From: Narcine bancroftii
Taxonomy: Eukaryota
Reading direction: 5' to 3'
DNA length: 64,000 bases
Assembly (NCBI RefSeq): GCF_036971445.1
Contig: NC_091475.1
Span: 195,052,001 to 195,116,000, forward strand
Part shown: one piece after another, positions 37,965 through 50,619 of the stretch
Position numbering within the stretch: position 1 is the stretch's first letter
How the letters are laid out: every line of letters starts with the position of its first letter
Program-made: the position numbers and the translations under genes
Notes under the pieces: model-generated
Database searches by the model: none
The model's input: the letters and a program-made list of their open reading frames with translations, nothing else
What the model was told of the DNA's origin: nothing

Positions 37965-39040
37965 GTTCTGTGGCACTCACATCAACAGTGATTAAATATT
38001 TTGAAAGGATGGTGTTGAAGAATTTCAGCCCCTGTCTGAACAGTGACATGGATCCATTCCAATTCATCTATCATGGCAACAGGTCTACAGCAGATGCCTT
38101 CTCACTGGCTCTACACAAAGCCCTGGAACATCTGATCAACAAAGATGCATATATCAGGATGCTCTTAGCATTTAACACTGTCATCCCTTCAAAATTGATC
38201 AGCCACTGTATAATTAGATCCTGGATTTCCTCACCTCCAGATTATAATCAGTGAGGATTGGTAAGAGCATCTCTTCCATAATTGCCATCAGCACTGGAAC
38301 ACCACAAGGCTGCGTTCTTAGCCCCTGCTCTACTCACTTTATACCTATGACTGTGTGGCTTGGTATGACAAATGAATCTACAAATTCACAAATGATACCA
38401 TGGTAATGGGTTGCATGAAAAGAGGGAGAATGAAAACTTGCCTGAATGGTGCACCAACAACAACCTCGCATTCAGTGTTACCAAAATCAAGGAGCTGATT
38501 GTGGACTTTAGGAAGGGAAACCCAGAGGTGGATTAGAAGCGAAAAAGTTGAGCAAATTTAAGTTCTTGGGAGACACAATCTCAGAGGATCTTTCCTGGAT
38601 CCAACACACTAATAGCATCATGAAGAAAGCACGTCAGCACCTATTCTTCCTCAGGAATTTGCGGAGGTTCGGTATGACATCAGAAACCCTGGCAAATTTC
38701 TACAGATGTTGGGTGGAAAATGTGCTGTTCGACTGCATCGTGGTCTGGTATGGAGGCACTAATACACCTGAGCATAAAGCCTTGAAAAAGGTAGTGGACA
38801 CAGCCAGGACATCACACACCACCAGCAAGAATATTTCCAGAGAACACTGCCCTCAGAGAGCAGCAGCAATTATAAATGAGCTGCACAACCCAGCACGTGC
38901 TCTGTTCTCACTGCTGACATCAGGAAAGAGGTATAGATGCTACAAGACATGCACCACCAGGTTCAGGAACAGCTGTTTCCCCTCCACCATCGGACTCCTC
39001 AGCAACAAACTCAATCAGGGACTCATTCAAGGACTCCTAT
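37965..39040 (+). mobile_element. Rex1/Babar RT to 3' region, followed by a CR1 3' piece (39040-39230)
   Basis: VALTSTVIKYFER, STADAFS; ORF 38548-39075 (FKFLG...ARQHLFFLR...RFRNSCFP). Confidence 0.88.
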
Positions 39041-39813
39041 TTTTGAACAAGCTGCCAGGGGAGGTGGTGGAGTAAGATACAAGTGCAATGTTTAAAAGGT
39101 GTTTGGACAAATACTCGGATAGGAAAGATGTGGGTCTCATGCAGGTGAATGGGATGAGTGGAGATAGGCCTGATAGTCAGCATGGATGATGTAGGCCATA
39201 GGCGCAAATGACCATGCTATATGTTTACTTGTTTCTATCCCTACCTGGTGCATGGTTAGAAGGTCCAAAGGCAGAGTCAGCTGGGGCTGAGTGCTGACTA
39301 AGCATAAAGCAACTGAGTGGAGCTCACGGTGAAAAATATGCAAGGAATTCCAACAGAGGAAATGAATAGAGATGGTCAGTACAGCCAACTTTAAACTGGC
39401 AGTTTCAACCAGTGGTTTGGCTGTAAAGGTAGCTAATGTTCGAGATCTGGGATCTCAAAGCAAAGGAGTAGAGAATGGAACTAGAGGGGCTGTGCAAGCA
39501 AGAAATTGTCGCTGAAGGATGAGAAAGAAGTGGAGCTGCTAACAAAAAATAATTAGAAACCATCATCCTACAATGTTTCATCCATAGGATAAGCTATTAA
39601 GATATACATTTTTGAATTATTTTCTTAATAACAGCTATTTTTGTTTTCTAAAAACATCAAGGCGATAGACATATTAAATGCCCTCTAGTCTTTTGATGCA
39701 TCCCTTGTGTCTCAGTAGACTTGCACCCCTCTGCTTGTAAAAACAGAAATGCTGGACGAACTCAACTGGTCTCACAACGTCCAGGGGAGGTAAAGATATA
39801 TTACTGATGTTTC

Positions 39814-41500
39814 ATAGAGCACATCAGTACACTGCAGTTCATTTGTCTCTTGATGTTGTGCCAACCTATATATTCCTTCCAAAAAAAAGTTCTAAATCCT
39901 TACGGCCACATAACCCTCTATTTATGCCTGTCCATGTGCCTGTCTAAGAGTCTCTTAAACGCCCCAAATGTATCAGCATCCACCACCATCCCTGCCAAGG
40001 CATTCCAGGCACCCACAATTCTCTGTGTAAAAATAAATTATCCCTGATGACTCCCCTAAACTTCCATGGCTTCACTTTGTACATATGTCCTCTGTTGTTT
40101 GCTATTCCTGCTCTGGGAAACAGGTCTGACTGTCCACCCTGACTATGCTTCTCAAAATCTTGTAGACATCTATTAAGTCTCCTCTCATCCTTCTTCTCTC
40201 CAAAGGGAAAAGTCCCATCTCTGCTAATTTTTCCTCATAAGACTTATTTTCCAATCCAGGCAAGATCCTGGCACCCTCTCCATAACTTGCACATCCTTCC
40301 TATAATGAGGTGACAGAACTGAACACAATACTCGAAGTGTGGTCTCACCAGAGATTTGTAGATTTGCGACAGAACTTCTTGTCTCTTGAACTCAGTCTCC
40401 CTGTTAATGAAGCTGTGGTAAACTACTGGTACACTATGATTGGCCGCTGCTCACTGGACACGCCTCCTGAGACTGATCCTACTTATAGCCTTTTGCATGC
40501 TCCCCATTTCACTCTGCCTTGATGAGGTTAACAGCTATTCCAATCTATAGTTAATAGAAACCTATCAGTTTCACAACATCAGTCTTTTGTGATTTATTGA
40601 CAGTGCTCAGAAGTCTAACATCCCATAGACTTTCTTAAGGATCCTATCAACCTTAAGAGATGTTTGGATTTGGATCCCAAGGTCTCTGTGTTCATCTACA
40701 TTCTTAAGAAGCTGTACTCAGCCTTCTGGTGTGTCCTTCCAAAATGTATCCCCTCACACTTATTGGGATTGAACTCCATTTGCCACTTTCCTGTCCAACT
40801 CTCCATTCTGACTAAATACCTTTGTAACCTACAACAGTCTTCAGCATCATTCTCAACTCCTTCAACCTCTGTGTCATCCGCAAGCTTACTGACCCATCCT
40901 TCTACCTCTTCGACCAGGTTATTCATAAAAATCACAAAGAGCAGGGATTCCAGAACATATTCTTGTGGAACTCCACTAGTCACTGACCTCCAGCCAGAAT
41001 ACTTTCCATCCACTAATAATCTCTACTTTCCACATGCAAGCCAGTTTTTTTTTAATATCCGCACTGCCAAGGTTCCATGGATTCCATGTCTCATGACTTT
41101 CTGAATGAATCTCTCATGGGCTACCTTGTCAAATGCTTGACTAAAATCCATATAGACCACATCCATCAATTTCTTTTGTTACCTCCTCAAAAAAACTCAG
41201 GCTTGTGAGGCACAACTATCTCTTAACAAAGCTATGCTGACTATCCTGGAGTTGACTGTACTTCTCCAAATGCTCAGAGAACGTATCCTTAAGAATTCTC
41301 TCCAATAGTTTGTACACAACTGACGTAAGACTCACTGGTCTATAATTCCCAGAATTCTCCCTATTAGCTTTTTTTAAACAAGAGGATCACATTTGACATT
41401 CTCCAATCCTCTGAAACCTCCCCTGTGGCCAAAGAGGACTCAAAGATCATAGCCACTGCCCCAGCTATCTCTTCCATCACTTCCCAGAGCAATCTGAGCC
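39814..41500 (-). mobile_element. CR1 RT-to-3' fragment with a nested solo LTR
   Basis: ORF 40696-41013 (VTSGVPQ...SKLADDT...WQMEFNPNKC). Confidence 0.88.
40414..40609 (+). mobile_element. Solo LTR (196 bp)
   Basis: TGTGGTAAACTAC...CA; flanks gaagc/gaagt; removing it restores CR1 continuity. Confidence 0.75.
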
Positions 41501-41659
41501 CATCCAGGCCCAAAACATTGGTAATATATCTTTACCTCCTATGGATGCTGCGAGACAGGCTGAGTTTCTCCAGTAGTTCTATGTGTTTTTTCTATGATCA
41601 CAGTGTCTGCAGACTTTCGTGTTTCACGACCCTCTGGTTGTGTTGATTTGGTGCCTTCT

Positions 41660-41960
41660 TACAGCGGCACAAGGGCACAGTTGTCAGTGCTGCTGCCATA
41701 TCTCCAACTTCTGATGTTCAAACCTGCCCTGTAGACTCTCCCTTTTGCCACACAAGTTTTCACTGGTGCACAGGTATGTTAATAGTCTATTGGAAATTAC
41801 ACCTCATGATGATGGATGATAGCGGAATCAGAGCTGGTGGGGAATGAGGTCGAATGGCTTGTGAAAGTCTATAGGTTTGCAGGGAAGTAAGTGGGTGAAT
41901 GCATTGATGAGAATTCTCTGAAGGCTGGCATAGAATTGACAGGCTAAATGGCCTCATTCT
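41660..41960 (+). mobile_element. Old tRNA-derived SINE
   Basis: gcggcacaagggcacagttgtcagtgctgctgcc...gttcaaacctg head; aggctaaatggcctcattct tail. Confidence 0.5.
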
Positions 41961-42039
41961 TTGTCATGAGAAAACAGTAAAATGAAAGTATATATTATTT
42001 TTTACCACAAACATTCACACATTTTGGTTTCATTCACAG

Positions 42040-42114
42040 GTTCTATTTTTTTTTCCGCTGGACTAGGAGTATGGAAGTTCTGTTCGCGGGCAAGTAACCT
42101 TCCAACATCCTCAG
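42040..42114 (+). other. Candidate host exon (gene unknown)
   Basis: Acceptor ttttggtttcattcacag; open frame GSIFFSAGLGVWKFCSR; donor either GC (cgg|gcaagt, after 42089) or GT (cag|gtagaa, after 42114). Lies in non-repeat sequence. Confidence 0.25.
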
Positions 42115-42586
42115 GTAGAAAAGTGTTAGTGGGAGTAAAGGACCACTTGGCAGGGTTTGGGTGGGCTGTGAACGAAAGAGGAATCAACAAATGTTGTGAG
42201 CATTTTGAGGGTGAACTCTGCTTTATTTCCAAACTTTCATTTTTCCTTCCGATCATCAAGTAGCCTCTCTTTCTATTTCCCAGCTCTGTTTTACTCCTGG
42301 TTTTAAAACACATTTTCCCTCTTTTATGTTCTTTCTCCACTTCACTCCATTCACTTGTGTCTTTTCTCCACCATGGGTACCTGCCCAAAGTCGGGGCTAG
42401 TAATCTAAGATCATAGCGAGCACCTGACATCTTATGAAGTGGGTAGGGTACAAAACGATAAAACGAGGACAAATATTTCCAGGATACTAATTCCACTGCA
42501 GCACACATTTCAGCTTATAATGGAAGTTCATACATTGTACTGAAATTCTTCTTCATCCAAACAGGTATTTCATAAAAAAAATACAA

Positions 42587-42980
42587 TTGATTCAAGATTC
42601 CTTTTATTGTCATGTAATATTACCAAAAAAAAAGGCATATTATGAGATTCATCAACTTATGCCTTTTGTAAGCCAAAGAGAGAAAAGCAGAAGAGAGACC
42701 CTTCAGAGACACGGAGTGTCCGTGGATTCGCCTCCAGCAACCTCACAGATTCTTGTTCAATCCATGGGCATCCTAAGCTCCAGGTCCAAACCTCTGATAT
42801 GATCAGGAAACCTTCAGTACCCAAAGCCCTACGGCAGCCCTTCTTGCCCTCAGCACCCTCTTGAATTCTGGTCTGATACCTGGTTCCCATGAGCCAGTCT
42901 CTAGCAGCCGACCCCCCCTGGTGTCAGTCCTTCGGCCTCAAGTCGTCATTACCCCACAGCCGATGTGGATCCTTCAGCTG
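42587..42980 (-). repeat. Non-coding interspersed repeat with a Rex1-type 3' tail
   Basis: Tail tgacaataaaaggaatcttgaatcaa on minus; body shared with 7990-8235 and 12770-12940. Confidence 0.65.
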
Positions 42981-43307
42981 TTAAAAATAGATAATAAATC
43001 AAAAGATAGGTAGTTCATAAATATTCATAATTACCATTGTGCAAGAGTAAACAAGAATGGCATTGCAATAGTGTAGTCAGTTCCCCATAGATCTGGGATC
43101 ACACCAGAAACACATTTTGACTGTGGATATAAACTCAATACGTATATGTGCAATAGTTCTGTCAAATCCAAGCCCTACATGATATATTCCTGCTGCTCAC
43201 TGCTAAGATATTGCCTACATTACAAAAACCTCATTAAACCTCATTCACATCTCAGGGTGGGTTTGTAGCTTAATTTGGAAGCTAATCCTTTTTTTTACTT
43301 TGTATAG

Positions 43308-43445
43308 TTTCGGAAGGAACTGAAGGAAAGGGAGAGGATCAAGAAGAAGTATTTTACTGAAAAACGAAACAAATTTAAGTTTATTGGCATATTGTTTAAA
43401 ATTGCAGATGAAGAAATTCAATACAAAAATATTAAGTGGTTGTAA
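43308..43445 (+). other. Candidate host (terminal?) exon
   Basis: Branch point gctaat (43281), poly-T tract and tag; purine-rich body. Frames FRKELKERERIKKKYF...KWL* or (V)SEGTEGKGEDQEEVFY*; AATAAA at ~43472. Confidence 0.3.
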
Positions 43446-44204
43446 ATGACAGAAATTTCCAGGGACAAATTAATAAAACACACACACACTTCCTGGTGGT
43501 CTGATGGTCCTCTAATTCCTGACTCCTTGGACTGGCTTTAATCGCAGACTGAAGGATGAATGAAATGTGAATTACACACAAAGCAAATTGTGTCAGTGAA
43601 TGTAGAAAGGAGACTGCACTAATTTCCAATTAAGGAGTGGAGAGGATGACGCTAACTGCAGGAAAATGGATTTTAATAGTCTTTACATAGCTACAAGAAT
43701 ACAGGGTAGATAAGACCACTTTTTCATCCTTTTAATTGATTTTGCACATGTTAAAAAATGAAATGATATATGCACCCGTATGTATTTATCAAGTTATACC
43801 AAGCTTCATATTGTGGGAAGGTTTACAGTGAATCTTGCTTTAATCTGTCAAACACTTCAGAAAAATGTTTTCCAATCAATTGTGTTAATTCCTTAAATTA
43901 AGTTAATTGATGTAATAAACAAACTCCTCATTCTTTCACAAGGGGCCGGGACATGGTCTTCCCAAAATCTAGATGCCTCTAAGGTCCTCTCTTTTGTACC
44001 AAATATATCTCCAAATGAACAAAGAGATGCTCTATATTTTTTCGATGTATTACTGCACTTAAAGTACATTAATATCCAGGGGTAGTTATAACAGAGAAGA
44101 TTAAGTTGGTGCCTTTTGGATGAATCTAACTTGTCCTTGCCCTGAATACCTTCTTTTTTGATGCCTCTCAGTTCCTAAGAATCAAAGGTTTATTCATATG
44201 TACC

Positions 44205-45015
44205 TACCTCAAGGATGCGTGCTTAGCCCACTGCTCTCTACTCGATATACACCCATGACTGTGTGGCCAGGCAGAATTCCAGTACCATCTACAAGTTTGC
44301 CAATAGCACCACAGTTGTCGGCAGAATTACAAATGGCAACGAGGAACTGTACAGGAATAAGATAGTTCAGATCATTAAATGGTGAAACAACAACAACCTA
44401 GCACTCAACGTCAGCAAAACCAAGGAGATGATTATGGACTTCAGGAGGAAGTCAGGGGAACTCGACCCAGTCCTCATCGAGGGTTCAGTAGTGGGAGGAT
44501 CAAGAACTTCAAATTCCTTGGTGTCAACATCTCTAAGGATTGGTCCTGGAACCTCCACGTTGATGCAATCACAAAGAAGGCTGGCCAGCGGCTCTACTTC
44601 GTGAGGTCTCTGAGGAGATTCGGTATGTCTCTTGTAAACTTTTACAGGTGTATCTTGGAGAATATTCTGGCTGGTTGCATCACTGCCTGGTAAGGAGATG
44701 GCATCTTCATCGAGGATATCTGTATGAACCTGTGTCTTAAAAAAGTAGCTTCTATCTTCAAAGAACATAACCACCCAGGCCATGCCCTCTTCACTCTGCT
44801 ACCATCGGGGAAAAGGTACAGGAGCCTAAAGATGAGCACAAGGACAGCTTCTTCCCCGTTTCCATCAGATTCCTGAATAATCAATGAGCCAAAAACACTG
44901 CCTTACTTTTTGTGCCCTTTTTTATAATAATGTCGTAAGATGGTTATAATATGAATATTTGTACTATGACGCTGTTGTTAAACACCAAATTTCATGACAA
45001 TAAATCCTGAATCTG
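44205..45015 (+). mobile_element. Rex1/Babar RT to 3' end
   Basis: cctcaaggatgcgtgcttagccc; NFKFLGVNISKD...AGQRLYFVRSLRRFG; tail tgacaataaatcctgaatctga. Confidence 0.88.
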
Positions 45016-45019
45016 ATGA

Positions 45020-47090
45020 TTGATCCTAGCTGTGCCTGACCTTTGGTTGGCAATGTGGAATAATGCTTGTTCCAAAACTACTCTGGCACCACTCTCCAAA
45101 TCTTTCTCTGTTACATTGATAATTGCATTGTCAATGCTTCTTGCAAATCCCTTCTTTGGCTTGGCTTCGTGAACGAAGATTTATGGAGGGGGTAAAAAGT
45201 CCACGTCAGCTGCAGGCTCGTTTGTGGCTGACAAGTCCGATGCGGGACAGGCAGACACGGTTGCAGCGGTTGCAGGGGAAAATTGGTTGGTTGGGGTTGG
45301 GTGTTGGGTTTTTCCTCCTTTGCCTTTTGTCAGTGAGGTGGGCTCTGCGGTCTTCTTCAAAGGAGGTTGCTGCCCGCCAAACTGTGAGGCGCCAAGATGC
45401 ACGGTTTGAGGCGTTATCAGCCCACTGGCGGTGGTCAATGTGGCAGGCACCAAGAGATTTCTTTAGGCAGTCCTTGTACCTTTTCTTTGGTGCACCTCTG
45501 TCACGGTGGCCAGTGGAGAGCTCGCCATATAACACGATCTTGGGAAGGCGATGGTCCTCCATTCTGGAGACGTGACCCATCCATCCTTGCAAATGTGCAG
45601 AACACATTAATCCTATCAGATTCACCACTGACTTCCATCCCAATCTCAAATCCACGGTCCATTCAGACCCTTCTCTTAGCTTCCTGGATCTCTTTATCTC
45701 CATCTCTGGAGACAAACAATTTGTTGACTTACTATAAACACTCTGAGCCATTGAGACTATATACCCCTTCTCACCCTATTTCTTGTAAGGATGCCATCCT
45801 TTTTTCTGTTTCATTGTCTCTGGCACATCTTGAGGGTTCAAGATGAGGCTTTCCATTCCAGGACATCTAAACTATACTCTTTTTCAGGAAAGAGAGCTTC
45901 CCTTTAAGTGCAATTGATATAATCCTCTCTCACATTCCCTCCATTTCTCATAGGTCTGCTCTCACCCCCCTCCTTCCTCCATACAGAACAGACAGAGGGT
46001 CTCTCTTGTCCTCACCTTTCTCTCTACTACATCCAACACATTATCTTTTGTCAATTCTGCCAGCTGCATCAGGATTCCATCACTAGCCATATGCTTCAAT
46101 CCAAACCCCTTTCTGACTTCCAAAGGAACTACTCTCTGCATGGCTTCCTAGTTTGCTCATTCTTTCCCACCCACCACTCCCTTACTCTGGCATTTTGCCT
46201 CCAAATACAGGAGGTACAACAGTTTTATTGGTACCTTTTCCCTCACCACCATTCAGAAATCTACAGAAACAAACCTAAGTGATGCAAATATTCATGTGGT
46301 CCTCCTCCAGCCTTGTTTACACATTTGGTGCTCCTGAGATGTCAAAATGAAGCACAGATTAGGCGAATAACTTGTGGAGCATTGTATTGTCTGGAATAGC
46401 CATCCTGAACATCAGGTTACATGCTATCTCAATGCCCCATTTCCATTCCCACTCTCATCTCCCCATCCTTGGTCTTAAATTAAATTTAGTCATACAGCAC
46501 ATGAATAGGCCATTCTGGCCCATGAACCTGTGCCACCCAAATGCCACAATTAACTTACAACCCCGTATATTTTGAAAGGAGGGAGGAAACCAGAGCACCC
46601 AGAGGAAACCCACGCAGACACAGGGAGAACATACAAACTCCTATAGACAGTGCTGGATCGCTATGCTAACTGTGCCACCCTTCTTCACTGCCAGAGTGAA
46701 GCACGATGTAAACTTGAAAAACAGCATGTCATATTCGACAACCCAGTGTTCAACTTCTCAATTTCAGGTACCCTGACCTCTGGTTTTCCCCTCTCTCTAC
46801 CGAGTGCCATTTGCTTATTTCTTTCTCTCGCCTTGCCTGCTTTCACCTATCACTTACCTGCATTTGTCTCCCAACTCCCTTCCTCCTCCCTTATCTGGCT
46901 CTTTTTGTCTGTCATCTTCCTCCTCAGTTCACCTATCACTAACTACCCCCTGTCCCACCCCTCCCCTTTCCTTCCTATCCTAGTTATCTTCCCTTTCCAC
47001 TCTAAGTTCTGAGGTCAAGTTTCAAACTACAAGGGCAACAATTCCTTTACTCCTGCAGATGCTGCTTGACGTACTGAGCTCTAGATTCAA
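45020..47090 (+). mobile_element. Penelope-like element (RT and GIY-YIG remnants), interrupted by RTE (45151-45583) and a SINE (46475-46680)
   Basis: Decayed YIDx motif at ~45110; FHPNLK...SFLDLFISISGD...SHPISCKDAI; endonuclease remnant at 46290-46385; pyrimidine-rich 3' region. Confidence 0.75.
45151..45583 (-). mobile_element. RTE LINE 3' fragment with TSD
   Basis: Nearly identical to 685-1121; TSD cttgcaaat at 45140-45148 and 45586-45594. Confidence 0.93.
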
Positions 47091-47299
47091 GACCCCAATT
47101 AGTTGGTCAGCACATTGATGTGAACCAATGAGGCACTTCAGTTAGGAGCTCAGTTCCAGGGCCCAGGCTCAAAATGTTGGTGACCTTTTGCTTTTTATGA
47201 ATGCTGCCTGACCTGTTGAGTTTCTCCAGCATGTTTGAGTATTACACTTGTAGATTCATAGAAAATTGGTGCAGAGGCAGGCTATTTAGCCTTCAATAT

Positions 47300-47983
47300 T
47301 GTGAGAGATGAGAAAATTGATCTAAAATTATGAACATGGAAGAAACTAAAATTCATCAGTTAATGGCTGTAACCAGTACAAACAGGATAAGCTTGGGGGT
47401 TAGGATGCAGGAAAGCAGAGTCAGCACGATTAACATAAGAATCTTCTAGTCTTTGTGACAAGACCATAAGACTAAGAAAAGGAATGGTAAGGTACAATAG
47501 AATGTAGGAAGTTGAGGTAGTCTGGATCAGATAAAGGTCTCCTAGCCCTGGACAGAAGTACCAAGTCCTACATATCTAATTAGCTAACCATACACAGATT
47601 TATACATATGAAATTAGCCAACCCTAGATAGAATGAGTCAACTCCGCATACCAAGAGATTGTAGCCCCGAGAATCAGGAAGGTGTGAATAAGGACAATGA
47701 CATGATGAAACACCCACAGGATACCCCCTGGTCCTCCAAGTGTACTGAAACTGCACGTAGGCAGGAAGGATTGCCTATGCCAAACCCATCCAGGGGGCAG
47801 AAGAATGTAAGGGGCACTCTGATACTGAAATTGACTGTATAAAAGTTGGGTGAGCCCTAGTGTATGTGTGTGTATTCCCAGGGTAAGGGGAAGCACCCAA
47901 CTTTGCATTGTTGTAAAATAAATGTTCTTTGTTCTCAATTTTTGTCTCGAGCAATTTCTTTAAAGGTACTTTAATATCTAACA
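47300..47983 (+). mobile_element. Solo LTR, 684 bp, 4-bp TSD (ERV-like or Gypsy)
   Basis: TG...AACA ends; TSD atat at 47296-47299 and 47984-47987; TATAAAA at ~47838 and AATAAA at ~47917. Inserted in a CR1-like 3' remnant. Confidence 0.8.
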
Positions 47984-48227
47984 ATATGATCGTGGCTAAT
48001 CCTGTGACTTCAGTCCTTCATTCCTCTTTCTCTCTATGCCCCTTGATTCTCATGCTAGTAACACTTGTTCACAAACACTTGAGAAAGGGCCCAGGTCAAC
48101 TTTGTGTGTCTCAGATCCATAGGTAATGACGACTGACTGTCTCCACATTTTCCCACCTCTTCCATGATGTAGCCCTGTAGCACATCTGCAGCACCAAAGG
48201 CGTTTATTCTTTCCGTTGTTGTCACTC

Positions 48228-49071
48228 GGCCCTTTCCGACTGCCATGTAAAATGGCATTTAATCGGGCAATTTGCCCTGTTAGCACCCCACTCATGCGGC
48301 AGTTAGAAAGGGTCCGACCCGGTCAGCGTGGTCCTAATCTAACCAGGTCCCTCATGATTTGAATAGGAAAAGGGCCAACCCAGTAACTCTGCTGATGTCA
48401 GCGCTTGCACGCTCACGTCCCAGGGAAACCCCTGGCTGAAGTGCCTGCTGTGATCAGGTCAGGGGAGAGAGGAGTCATTGCTGTGAGTCCCAGGGTGAGG
48501 AGGGGAGGAGGGGTCACAATAGGGGGGGAGAGAGAAGTCATTGCCATGGGGAAGAGGTCACTGCCATGGGGGAGGGGTACCACAATCTGCAGGAAAGAGG
48601 TTGCTGCCATGGTGGGGAGGGGGGTGTACCACGATTGGCAGGAGAGAGGTCGCTGCTGTGGCAGTGGTGGGGGGGGGGAGGGTTGGGGGGGAGAGTGTGG
48701 GTACTGCTGCGAATGCCATTCCGGTTTGCAGTGAAAGCTCAAGATTCAATGCAGCGGGACCTGGCTAAGGGGGGGGAGGGGGATCACACGATTGACAGGG
48801 TGGGGTCGATTGACAGTGGAGGTCGCCATTGATGGGGAGGAGGGTGACTAACTGGGGGGGTGGTGGTGACTGGCAGCTGGTGGGAGGGCGGGAGAGACTA
48901 ACTACCAATAGTTCCCATGAGTGTGTGACATGTCATTTATCACGTCATTATCACGTCATTATCCCCCTTAAATCACCAACCAATCCCCCGCAGGTTAAAA
49001 AGTGCTTCCAGCACCTTTGCCCCAGTAATTGCGCTTGGAGTGCTAGCCAGGTGCTGCAGTTTAAAAGAGCC
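48228..49071. mobile_element. Putative non-autonomous DNA transposon (PIF/Harbinger-like TIRs) with G-rich interior
   Basis: ggccctttccgactgc versus gcagtttaaaagagcc (imperfect inverted); extra inverted copy gcagttagaaagggtcc at ~48299; no clear TSD. Confidence 0.4.
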
Positions 49072-49194
49072 TACTGGCTCCATGTGGAACAATGCATTCC
49101 CCTCCCACTTTCACACTCTTCCCCTCTGAAATTATCTTCTTTTGTGCCTACCCAATTTGTTTTTCACGCTTCGCCTTTTGCTTTTGCAATGCAC

Positions 49195-49340
49195 AGACAT
49201 GCTGGAGAAAGCCAGCAGGTCACACAGTACCAGTTACCTGATGGAGGGCCCAGCCCCAAATTGTTGGTTACCCTTATCCTCTGAATGCTGCGTGACCTGC
49301 TGACTTTCTCTAGCACATTTGGCATCTGCAGACTTTCCAG
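49195..49340. repeat. Short palindromic Penelope pLTR derivative
   Basis: tgctggagaaagccagcaggtcac ... gtgacctgctgactttctctagca. Confidence 0.6.
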
Positions 49341-50104
49341 TTTAACCCCCTTTGGGTCTTCATTTTATGTCCAAATCCTGTAGTTGTTTAAACCATCCAT
49401 TAATGGAAACTGTTTATCTCTATACACTCTACTTAATTTTCTCCAAACACTCTCAGCGTACACAAATCAGTTCTAATGTTACGATGAGATTAATATGTTA
49501 CAAATGCAGTACCTTCGACACTTTGGAACTTTTATTATGGCAACGTAGACAACTAAAGTCTCACATGTCAAACCCACTGGGAACTAACGTCCTGAATTGT
49601 TGTTTGATTAGTGCAATGCATTATTGATCCTATAAAAAAAACTCTTGCATTTTTGTAGTTTCCACCAGATATCTCAAAATGGTTTAGATCATTGGTGCAT
49701 TCATCGATTGTTATAGGTTGCAGCATGTGAACATGGTATGCTCCAAAAAACAGGAATACAATAATCTTTACATCCACCACAGAGGGAAGTTAGAGCTGTC
49801 AACCCATTTGAAAAATGACATCATGACTGCAACACTCCTTCAGTACCTCACAGCTGGGTTGGCCTAGAATTATGTTTGCCTCTCAGTGGCATTCCTTGCA
49901 TTCATAAATTCCAGATCATATTCCCGCTGGGTAGAGTACACTTCATATCTTTTCTACTCCCCTACCAAACCCCCATCTAGTCACTCTTTATATCATCACT
50001 CTTACCTTCTCCACTTTTGCATTCCAGCACACATAGCTTTTGTCTTCCAATCACTTACTCCACCCTCTAATTCCTGTGAAGGCTCTGGAAACTTAATCCC
50101 CCAC

Positions 50105-50615
50105 CCTCCATCGTCACTACATGGATGTACTGAGAGCATCCTGTGCTTCTGCATCACCACCTGGTTTGGAAGCTGTACCACCTTGGACTGCAAAATCCTG
50201 CAAAGGATAGTGAAGTTACGGGAAAAGATAATTGGGGGCTCTCTTCCTACCGTAAAGGACATCTACAACACTCGATGCAGGCAAAAGACAATAAACATTG
50301 TGATGGACCCAACACACCCCTCATGTGAACTGTTTTCCCTTCTGCCATCTAGCAGAAGGTACCGCACCACTTACGTACGTCCAGATTGGGCAACAGTTTT
50401 TTTCCCCAAGCCGTCAGGCTCCTGAATTCCCAGAACATATGTGGATAGAGTGCTGTGGACTTTTACTATAACATCTTAATATTTTAATATTTCAATGTGT
50501 TTAACTTCTATTCTAAACTTATATTTAAGTAAACATGCTCTGTGTTCCTAAAGAAACACTATCTCGTCTTTACTGTGCGGGTATGGTATGAACGATAAAT
50601 AAAGGTGACTTGACT
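50105..50615 (+). mobile_element. Rex1/Babar 3' fragment
   Basis: TESILCFCITTWFG...DPTHPSCELFSLLPS; tail aaataaaggtgacttgact. Confidence 0.85.
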
Positions 50616-50619
50616 TTAT

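Larger units (their letters stand above)
39740..41625. repeat. Palindromic Penelope pLTR element split at its centre by a CR1
   Basis: Left arm 39740-39813 (gaaatgctggacgaactc...ggaggtaaagatatattactgatgtttc) is the inverse of right arm 41505-41625 (aaaacattggtaatatatctttacctcc...gagtttctccag). Confidence 0.7.

Noticed and set aside
48405-49284. Gly/Pro-rich ORFs on both strands
   Set aside because: Low-complexity G-rich repeat that is depleted of stop codons.
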